This document shows, in pieces, positions 47,386 through 55,146 of a stretch of 64,000 bases of DNA. Source of the stretch: Pseudobdellovibrionaceae bacterium (GTDB lineage Bacteria > Bdellovibrionota > Bdellovibrionia > Bdellovibrionales > UBA1609); the NCBI GenBank assembly GCA_023954155.1, contig JAMLIO010000004.1:436-64435 (forward strand), read 5' to 3'. A program made the position numbers and the translations under genes. The number at the start of each line of letters is the position of its first letter. The stretch's first letter is position 1. The notes beneath the pieces are model-generated. The model saw only the letters and a list, made by a program, of their open reading frames with translations, was not told the origin of the DNA and ran no database searches.

Positions 47386-48360
47386 ATGAAAACAGCTTTA
47401 ACGGAGATGTTAAATTGCCAGTGGCCCATTATTGGGGCTCCCATGTTTATTGTAGGCACGGTGGATATGGTCGCTGCTATTAGCAATGCGGGTGGAGTGG
47501 GTACGATTCCGTCTTTGAACTTTCGCAGCACCGAACTTCTGGATCAAGGTCTAAGTGAGATGCGTACAAAAACCACAAAGACTTTTGGAATTAACCTGAT
47601 TGTTCATAAAAGCAATACCAGATGGGAGGCTGATCTTGATGTGTGCGCTCAGCATAAGGTTCCCTTTTTTATCACAAGCTTAGGATCACCAGTTCGTGTG
47701 ATCGAAAGAGTAAAACCTTATGGGGCAAAAGTGTTTTGCGATGTGACTAATATTAAACATGCAAAAAAAGCCTTAGATGGGGGTGCTGATGGAATTATTG
47801 CTGTGTGTGCAGGTGCAGGAGGACATGCGGGACCTCACTCTCCGTTCTCTTTGGTTTCAGAATTGCAACAGCTTACAGATAAACCTATTGTGATTGCGGG
47901 GGCTATCGCTAACGGAAAAACTATTTTAGCCAGTTTGGCATTAGGGGCTTCGGGAGTAAGTATCGGTACGCGATTTATTGCCACTACTGAAGCCAATGCT
48001 AGCCCTGAATACAAGCAGGCGATTTTAAATGCCAAAACAGAAAATATTCATAAAAGTATTAAAATGACAGGCATTCCCGCCTCCGTCATTCGTACACCTG
48101 AAGTGGAAGCCATGTTTAGGCCACCGACACTCATGGAAAAGTTGATTTATTTGATTGAAAAAAAGAATCAAGGTAAAACCAATTTCAGCAAAAAATTACG
48201 AAAAATATCTGGCTATAATTGGTCATGGAATAGTGTGTGGAGTGCGGGAGAATCTGTGGGGCAGATTCACGATATTAAATCTTGTGAAGTGGTGATGGCA
48301 GGACTTGTGGATGAAATGCAACTGGCGTTTAATGAATTAAATAAAATCCATGCGCTCTGA
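47386..48360 (+). CDS. Nitronate monooxygenase / FabK-like FMN oxidoreductase (NMO family)
   Basis: PIIGAPMFIVGTVDMVAAISNAGGVGTIPS and GADGIIAVCAGAGGHAG blocks. Confidence 0.8.
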   Translation: MKTALTEMLNCQWPIIGAPMFIVGTVDMVAAISNAGGVGTIPSLNFRSTELLDQGLSEMRTKTTKTFGINLIVHKSNTRWEADLDVCAQHKVPFFITSLGSPVRVIERVKPYGAKVFCDVTNIKHAKKALDGGADGIIAVCAGAGGHAGPHSPFSLVSELQQLTDKPIVIAGAIANGKTILASLALGASGVSIGTRFIATTEANASPEYKQAILNAKTENIHKSIKMTGIPASVIRTPEVEAMFRPPTLMEKLIYLIEKKNQGKTNFSKKLRKISGYNWSWNSVWSAGESVGQIHDIKSCEVVMAGLVDEMQLAFNELNKIHAL

Positions 48361-48412
48361 ACGTTCAGGGTGGTAAGGAAATTTAGCAGAGATATACACG
48401 AAAGGGTGTGAT

Positions 48413-50809
48413 ATGCAGCAGTTTTTTCTTTTAATCTTAGTGTTGCTTTTTGTGCAGGAGGGGTTTTCAAGCTGGGCGGCTCAACCAGCAGTTATTGCTG
48501 GAGTGGTCAGTACAAAAGATAAGAAAGGCCTTCGTTTACGCTCTTGCCCAAACACAAACTGTCCAATATCAGGAGCTCTAAAAGAGGGTAAAACTTATTA
48601 CTTTGAAAATAAAATGCACGGGGAGTGGTATAGAATATTTAATCAATATGCGCACGGTGATTATGTAAAAGTTGATCTTGGATATACAACGCAGGCTAAA
48701 GCCTCTAGAAGAAGTTTTAACGAAAATGTACTTAAAGAAGCTATTGATAAGGCTCTTAACGAGAAGTTTTTCAATGTAAAGCCTATCTCAGATAGTGGAA
48801 AGACAATTGACTCTTTAACTCTAGAAAGAGCAACTGATTTTGTGCAAGTGTATTCCTTTTTGCTCTATGGCCGTAGGCATTATGGTGTCTATGACATGTT
48901 ATCAGAAAATTCAGGCCTTTTGCATTTTACTGATGGCAAAATGGGATATTGTCTTTTAGCGTCCTCAGGTAGGAGTGTAGAAAAATCTCATGGGTTTTCG
49001 TACGATCTTATGACAAAAGACATTGTGGGATCTATAAATGTCAAACTAAAGAAGACATATAGCTTAGATCAGTTTCCATATAAGCATAAAGGATATTCAT
49101 TCTTTGGTAACATTTGTGCTATTGATTTTTTTGATAAAAAAACAGAACAAGATGTTCTTAATAAAGACATCTATGTCAGGGACTTAGGGCGTATATTAAA
49201 ATCTAGGAAATCTTTTTTAATAGATGAAATTGATAAAGTATCAAGTTTTGAAAATAAAAACCTAGTCGACAAAAGTAAAAACGAAATAGAAAAGTATGCT
49301 CCCTTGTTTACATCGCAGCTCAAAGCAGCCTATTTCTATAATATAAATCGATATCAAAATAGAGTATTTGCCTATTATGACAGTGCTAAAAAAGAAAATC
49401 AGATGAAAATCAGTGGCCTGATCAAAGATTTGGATTTGAATATTAAATATAAGTCTTTTGTTATTAAGTTTGATGCGAATACAAGCGGACCAAGAGGAAT
49501 GCAGTATAAAGGTGCGATTTATGCACAAGAAGACATGGAGATAAATCAGATAAAAATATATAAAGGCGAATATGTTGATCTTAATGAGTTGGTAAAGATC
49601 TTATATGTTGGTTCTAAGTACCCAAAATTAAAAGCCAATGTCGAGTTTGGGTTTGCACGCACGATAGATCAAAAAAACTTCAGTGATTTAAAAGGTTTGT
49701 TTTTTGATCTTAAAAATATAAATATTAAAAGTAAGTTATATGCGATTTCTCCGCATTATATTTCATTTTATGATGACGATCATGGAACTTTGGGTTTAGA
49801 GCCCAGAACCTTTAGCGTGACAGAAGAAGTTAGAGCCACAAATTCTAAATACTTTGGGGCTAATAAATTTATGAATCAACGTATAGACTTTGTTGTAGGT
49901 TATAGTCCGTCGGCTAATGAAAAACCTTTAGGTTGCGTAACAACAAATATAAATTATGTAAATCTAGAAAAAGAAATATTGGCTTTGGGTTTATCAGAAG
50001 ATCAGATTATTAAAATTCGTGGTAATGAAGTAGAAATTAGTAAACCACTGGATATATATGGGCTAATACAATTAGCACCTCATTCTAAACTTATTCTAAA
50101 TATATCGGATTGTATGAAGACTATTTTCTTATATCAGGCGATGGCTCAACCAGGAAGCCGTTGGCAAGGGCGTGTCCTAGAGTCTGAAACCCAAGTTTTT
50201 TTTGAAAAAGATAAGGTGGTTAGGATTTTAGATAAGGACGGCGAAAAGGCAGTGTATTCAAAATACACTACCAATATTAATGTAGGTTTCAAGCAAGGAG
50301 TAACCAAATACCCCTTGTGTATTCTAAACAAACTTGCGAAGTATTCACCACTAGAGAGATTAGTTCTAGAACCTTGTGATTATGCATTCAGTGAAGTGAA
50401 GCTGCATGAGATAGAACAAATAGATGCTGAAAAGGGAACTATTACTATTCAAGGTCGTACTTATCGAACTAAAGATATCACTTCGAAATTGACAGCTAGG
50501 ATAGATGAGCAAGAATTTTGGTTGCCCTTTGTTCCTGACCTAAATACGTTGAAATATAAAGATAGAATTCATAATATTATTCGTGAATATTATGTTTTCC
50601 CTTCTGCATGGGTTGGCAGTGACACTAAATTAAGTGGACGTGCAGATTATTGTGGAGATAAGTATGTAGACTGTGAGCCTGATTCACAACAGTCTGAAGG
50701 ACAACAGATCAGAACGATGGATTTTGAGGCATTTAAGAATAAGACCATTATGCTTAAGCTTTACGAAAGTATACCAGATCCTAGTAATTTTTGTGAGGGG
50801 TTCTGTTAG
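48413..50809 (+). CDS. Large secreted protein with N-terminal SH3b-like domain; remainder unknown
   Basis: Signal peptide. GLRLRSCPNTNCPISGALKEGKTYYFENKMHGEWYRIF...GDYV resembles bacterial SH3. About 700 aa have no recognised family. The C-terminal end is Cys-rich. Confidence 0.6.
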   Translation: MQQFFLLILVLLFVQEGFSSWAAQPAVIAGVVSTKDKKGLRLRSCPNTNCPISGALKEGKTYYFENKMHGEWYRIFNQYAHGDYVKVDLGYTTQAKASRRSFNENVLKEAIDKALNEKFFNVKPISDSGKTIDSLTLERATDFVQVYSFLLYGRRHYGVYDMLSENSGLLHFTDGKMGYCLLASSGRSVEKSHGFSYDLMTKDIVGSINVKLKKTYSLDQFPYKHKGYSFFGNICAIDFFDKKTEQDVLNKDIYVRDLGRILKSRKSFLIDEIDKVSSFENKNLVDKSKNEIEKYAPLFTSQLKAAYFYNINRYQNRVFAYYDSAKKENQMKISGLIKDLDLNIKYKSFVIKFDANTSGPRGMQYKGAIYAQEDMEINQIKIYKGEYVDLNELVKILYVGSKYPKLKANVEFGFARTIDQKNFSDLKGLFFDLKNINIKSKLYAISPHYISFYDDDHGTLGLEPRTFSVTEEVRATNSKYFGANKFMNQRIDFVVGYSPSANEKPLGCVTTNINYVNLEKEILALGLSEDQIIKIRGNEVEISKPLDIYGLIQLAPHSKLILNISDCMKTIFLYQAMAQPGSRWQGRVLESETQVFFEKDKVVRILDKDGEKAVYSKYTTNINVGFKQGVTKYPLCILNKLAKYSPLERLVLEPCDYAFSEVKLHEIEQIDAEKGTITIQGRTYRTKDITSKLTARIDEQEFWLPFVPDLNTLKYKDRIHNIIREYYVFPSAWVGSDTKLSGRADYCGDKYVDCEPDSQQSEGQQIRTMDFEAFKNKTIMLKLYESIPDPSNFCEGFC

Positions 50810-50820
50810 GGCTCAACCTC

Positions 50821-51150
50821 TTAATCGTTGAGTCCAAACAAATCTTCAAGTTCATTGTTTTGGTACATTTCCATTAAAATGTCGCTGCCGCCAACAAGTT
50901 CTTTTTTGTAGTAAAGTTGAGGAATGGTGGGCCAGTTGCCGTACTCTTTAATACCTTGGCGGATTTCTTCGTCTTCTAGAACATTGACGGTGTGGAAATT
51001 ATCGACACCGATTTCACGTAAAATGGCCACAGCACGAGCCGAAAAACCGCACTGAGGAAAAGCTGCATTGCCTTTCATAAATAGAACAATATCGTTTTTG
51101 CTCAATTCGTTTTCGATCTTTTGTTTGGTTTGTTCGTTAAGTTCTGACAT
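50821..51150 (-). CDS. grxD: Monothiol glutaredoxin (Grx4 family)
   Basis: PQCGFS active site and WPTIPQLY. ATG 51150 with an AGGAG RBS. Confidence 0.88.
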   Translation of the reverse strand: MSELNEQTKQKIENELSKNDIVLFMKGNAAFPQCGFSARAVAILREIGVDNFHTVNVLEDEEIRQGIKEYGNWPTIPQLYYKKELVGGSDILMEMYQNNELEDLFGLND

Positions 51151-51267
51151 GGTCACTCCTCTTAATTTTTGGTCCATCTTGCCGTTTGTTTTATAGTCTT
51201 AGGCATTTTAATATTCGATTTACACCTTAAAACTTGTTCAACTCTCATTAAATATGGTTTTCCTTAT

Positions 51268-51498
51268 TCAATCTAATTGAATGGGTCTGACACTTAAAGC
51301 GTGCAACTTGCCAGATTGGAACTCGGGTTTAAAAAGCTCTAAGATTTTTTGGTGGCGTTGCAATCGAGGTAAGGCGTTGATGGCATCACAAGCAATGCGC
51401 ACTTCAAAATTATTGCCACCACCAGTTTGATCAATCACGTAGAGTTGGGCGTCAGCATAGGTTTCTAAGATTCGAGCTTCAATGTCTTTAGGTGTCAT
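51268..51498 (-). CDS. BolA/IbaG-family protein
   Basis: 76 aa, RxxRHQxI-type motif (RLQRHQKILELF...LHALSV). Sits next to the monothiol glutaredoxin, a common pairing. Confidence 0.75.
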   Translation of the reverse strand: MTPKDIEARILETYADAQLYVIDQTGGGNNFEVRIACDAINALPRLQRHQKILELFKPEFQSGKLHALSVRPIQLD

Positions 51499-51602
51499 AG
51501 GCTCTCAGCTATATAACAAAATCTTTAAGAATCCAACGCTTTGGGTGTGAATTGTTTTTATCCCAGCTTGTCAGGGGACAGTGAGCCAAGTAAAAGTGGT
51601 TT

Positions 51603-51881
51603 ATGGAACACTTTTTTGTACCCGCCCCCCCAGAACATGTAAAAAAACAGAAGGCTTTGGCGCGTGAATTACGCAAAACGCCATGGTGGGACCAGCAAAT
51701 CTCAAAAGGGATTTGCCACTATTGTCAGGGGCAGTTTTCTAAGGCCGAACTGACTATGGATCACAAAATTCCTGTCATTCGTGGGGGCCAGAGCACTAAA
51801 TCCAATGTCGTGCCATCGTGCAAAACGTGCAATTCCAACAAGAAATACCTTACTGATGTTGAATATTTAAGCGACAAATGA
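51603..51881 (+). CDS. Small HNH endonuclease
   Basis: CHYCQG...LTMDHKIPVIRGGQSTKSNVVPSCKTCNSNK (the HNH beta-beta-alpha-metal motif with Cys pairs). Confidence 0.8.
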   Translation: MEHFFVPAPPEHVKKQKALARELRKTPWWDQQISKGICHYCQGQFSKAELTMDHKIPVIRGGQSTKSNVVPSCKTCNSNKKYLTDVEYLSDK

Positions 51882-51964
51882 ATAGAAGGACTTGCTTAAA
51901 TTAAAAATCCTTTCCAAAATGAAAGCCCATGACCTTAACTACATAACCTGCGGAGGAGTGTTCA

Positions 51965-53794
51965 TTGGCTAAGATTACATCAAGCAGTACAGCCGAATAT
52001 TTTGCAAAGAACCTACAACAGGTGGGGTTTTCGTCAGCGACTAAAGCTGTTTTAACCACTTTAAAAGAAACAGTGGATAACTCATTAGATGCTTGCGAAG
52101 ATCATAAGATTCTACCTGAATTAAAGATTGAAATCGAAAAGATTGGCACTGGGGGTTCCAAAAGTGCGGATTTAATACGCATTATGGTGGAAGATAATGG
52201 CCCAGGGTTATCGCCAGAAGACCTTCCACGTGTATTTGGCGAGTACTTGGCCTCTTCAAAGTTTGGACGTGGTCGCTGTTCTCGTGGTCAGCAGGGGATT
52301 GGTATTTCTGCGGCCACCACATGGGCGCAGCTCACCAATGCCGCTGGGGCCAAGGTTTTAAGTAAAACAAAGAATATGCGTAAAGCCATAGAAATGCGCA
52401 TTGATGTAGATATCAAATCGAATAAAGGTCTAGTGAAAGATAAAAAGACTGTGGATTGGGACAAAGACCATGGTCTTCGTGTGGAGTTTGTGATTGATGG
52501 TCGCTTGCAGCTTAATGGAGATGGTGGGATTTTAACGTATCTTGAAGGAACCTCACTCGTAAACCCGCATTTAAAATTACATTATAAGATCAACGATGAC
52601 ATTGATGTGAACGTGGATCGCGTAACAGAAGACGTTCCTGTGGCTCCGCCAGCAACCTTACCTCATCCTCATACTATGAAATTGGGTGAGTTTATGACCC
52701 ATGCTCATTTATTTGGAAACGTAAACTTGCAGAAATTTTTAAAAACAGGTTTTTCTCGTGTGACTGATAGTACGTTAAGTGACTTTGTTAAAAATGGAAT
52801 GCCTAAAAAATTCTTAGCTCAGCCTATATCAAAAACTTCGGAGTCAGAATTTAAGGATATTTTTAAGGCTATACAAGAAACAGAGCTGCCTAACCCCACC
52901 ACGCGCTCAGTGCTTACCATTGGGGAAGAGGCTTTAGCCAACAGTATTCAACGTTTAGGTGCCATTGACTTTTTTAGTATTGTCACCCGTAAACCTAAAA
53001 TATGTGACTTTAAGCCTGTAGTGGTGGAAGTAGCCATTGCGAGGTTCTTAGATCGTGGGAAGGAAGACGAAAGTATTCAGCTTTTACGTTTTGCTAACCG
53101 TGTGCCTTTACAATTCGATAAGGCAGGATGTGCGATCACTAAAGCTGTGGAGTCCGTCAACTGGCGTTCTTATGGCCTGAACCAGTCCAAAAATAATTTG
53201 CCTTTGGGTCCTTACATTTTTGCGATCAGTGTAACGTCGCCGTTTATTAAGTTTAAAAACGCATCTAAAGAGACCATTGATTCTAGTGATGAATTAGTGG
53301 AAGAGATTCGTCGCGCGCTGATGCAAACAGGGCAAAAGCTTTCAAGACACATTCGTCGAGAAGCTAAAGCTGCGGATTTAGAGCGAAAACTTCAACATAT
53401 TGAAAAGTTTGGACCTATTTTGGTTCGTGGACTTGTGCAGATTGTGGGTGCGGCTGACAAACGTCGCGACAAAGCCACTGAAGGTTTAGAAAAGATATTG
53501 GGACGTGATACCAACGTAGCAGAAAAAGAATTAGAGGTCGCAGAGAGCCGCTTGCAGGATTTAAAACAAAAAGAAGGTTTTGATTCTAGTGGGTCCGAGG
53601 ATTTAGAGTCTTTCACAGAGAGCGAACAGCTGTCCTTAGATTCATCATTCGATAAAGATTCAAGAAAGATGAGCTCAAAACCCAACAAGAAGAAAAGTAA
53701 GACTTCAGGCAAAAAGGCAGTGAAGAAAGCGTCTTCCACAAAGGCCGCTGCAAAAAAAGCATCTAAGAAAGTGGCAGCAAGACCTAAAAAATAA
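51965..53794 (+). CDS. top6B: DNA topoisomerase VI subunit B (GHKL ATPase + transducer) with Lys/Ala-rich C-terminal tail
   Basis: The N-terminus STAEYFAKNLQQVGFSS...LKETVDNSLDACEDHKILPELKIEI parallels archaeal Top6B. Bergerat-fold N box (ExxxNSLDA), G1 (EDNGPGL) and G2 (GQQGIGISAA) are present. TTG start 8 nt after GGAGG. Confidence 0.8.
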   Translation: MAKITSSSTAEYFAKNLQQVGFSSATKAVLTTLKETVDNSLDACEDHKILPELKIEIEKIGTGGSKSADLIRIMVEDNGPGLSPEDLPRVFGEYLASSKFGRGRCSRGQQGIGISAATTWAQLTNAAGAKVLSKTKNMRKAIEMRIDVDIKSNKGLVKDKKTVDWDKDHGLRVEFVIDGRLQLNGDGGILTYLEGTSLVNPHLKLHYKINDDIDVNVDRVTEDVPVAPPATLPHPHTMKLGEFMTHAHLFGNVNLQKFLKTGFSRVTDSTLSDFVKNGMPKKFLAQPISKTSESEFKDIFKAIQETELPNPTTRSVLTIGEEALANSIQRLGAIDFFSIVTRKPKICDFKPVVVEVAIARFLDRGKEDESIQLLRFANRVPLQFDKAGCAITKAVESVNWRSYGLNQSKNNLPLGPYIFAISVTSPFIKFKNASKETIDSSDELVEEIRRALMQTGQKLSRHIRREAKAADLERKLQHIEKFGPILVRGLVQIVGAADKRRDKATEGLEKILGRDTNVAEKELEVAESRLQDLKQKEGFDSSGSEDLESFTESEQLSLDSSFDKDSRKMSSKPNKKKSKTSGKKAVKKASSTKAAAKKASKKVAARPKK

Positions 53795-53811
53795 TTCGGA
53801 GATAAAAAGAT

Positions 53812-54981
53812 ATGGCAAAGGCAAGAGTAGCAGGATCAGGGAATTCACAGAAAGACATCATTTATAAAGCAAAGGCCATCTGTGAGGGCATGTTAAGTGA
53901 TTTAGAAAAGGCCAAGCGCCCTGTCTTGGAATCTATCAAGTGCAGCTTGGACAATTCAGAATACGACCCAAGGCTTGGGTATTTGACTCCAGCGGGAAAG
54001 ATGGTGCGCTCAGAGTTAAATGTGTCTTCAGTGCAAAAATTAGCACGTACAGTGTTTATGTTAGATATTTTACTTAACAACGTAAATACAGGTGGTGTGA
54101 ACACCAAAAGAGAGCTGTACTATATGGCAAAAGGTTTGGTGAAAAGCGATAAAGAGCTTAAACCCATAGACTTTGATGACCAGAATGAAAGTGACTCCAT
54201 TATTGATTTTATCACGGATATGCTTGAGGTGTATCGCGAAGAGATGAATTGTTTTGCGAATGATCGTGGGGGACAAACTTACTCACAACAGCTTGTGGTC
54301 ACTGAAACTTTAAATGATGGAACTAAAGCTGTTATTGACTTGAGCTCATTAGGTACTACCCCTTTTCAGCCCAAGAACAAACCACAGGCCTTAACATTAA
54401 AGGCTAAAAGTAAAATTGATTTTTGTTTGGTTGTAGAATCAGAAGGTACGGCGAACACTCTGGTAAGTAATGGGTTTACCAAAAGAAATAAGTGTATCCT
54501 GATGGGTGCTCAAGGGGTGCCTAGTAACGGGGTCAGAGGTTGGTGTAAATTGATTCAAGATCAGCTTAAGATTCCTATTTATTTCTTCGGAGATCTGGAT
54601 GCGTACACTCTGCAAAATATTTACAGAACTCTTAAAGCAGGATCGGCTGCGAGTTTGATTCGTAACAAAGACTTTTCCGCTCCAGATGTAAAGTTTTTAG
54701 GAGTTTTGCCTGAAGATATTAAAAAATACGACCTTCACTATTATGATGTGAAGTCTAACGATGCTTCTGAAATGCGAGCTCTTAAAAAAGCCAAAGATGT
54801 TCTTGCTAATGACCCCTTTTTCCAGGATGCAAAAAACAAAAAGGTCGCAAGCATTCTTAACTTTTTGATCAAAAATAGAATACGTTGCGAACAGCAAGCG
54901 ATCTTTAGTGTGGATCCCAAGGACCCCATAATGCCCGAGAAGATCATTCTTAAGAAGATCAAAGAAAAGTCTTGGGTGTAA
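53812..54981 (+). CDS. top6A: DNA topoisomerase VI subunit A (Spo11-like)
   Basis: KRELYYMAKG (catalytic Tyr region of the winged-helix 5Y-CAP). Toprim Glu (VVESEGTANTL) and DxD (FFGDLDAYT). Immediately downstream of top6B. Confidence 0.8.
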   Translation: MAKARVAGSGNSQKDIIYKAKAICEGMLSDLEKAKRPVLESIKCSLDNSEYDPRLGYLTPAGKMVRSELNVSSVQKLARTVFMLDILLNNVNTGGVNTKRELYYMAKGLVKSDKELKPIDFDDQNESDSIIDFITDMLEVYREEMNCFANDRGGQTYSQQLVVTETLNDGTKAVIDLSSLGTTPFQPKNKPQALTLKAKSKIDFCLVVESEGTANTLVSNGFTKRNKCILMGAQGVPSNGVRGWCKLIQDQLKIPIYFFGDLDAYTLQNIYRTLKAGSAASLIRNKDFSAPDVKFLGVLPEDIKKYDLHYYDVKSNDASEMRALKKAKDVLANDPFFQDAKNKKVASILNFLIKNRIRCEQQAIFSVDPKDPIMPEKIILKKIKEKSWV

Positions 54982-55146
54982 AACACCTAGAGCGCTTTGG
55001 ATTTTAGGATCAGTGACCAATTTTGGCCCCGTTAGATGGGGTAGGGCGTATTATTTGGTAAATCCTTGATCTTTAAGGATTTATACGGGTTTTGTGTGGT
55101 AATTTTTGGCGTGCTTTTTGCCTCTGAAGGGGTGGAGGAGCACGGG

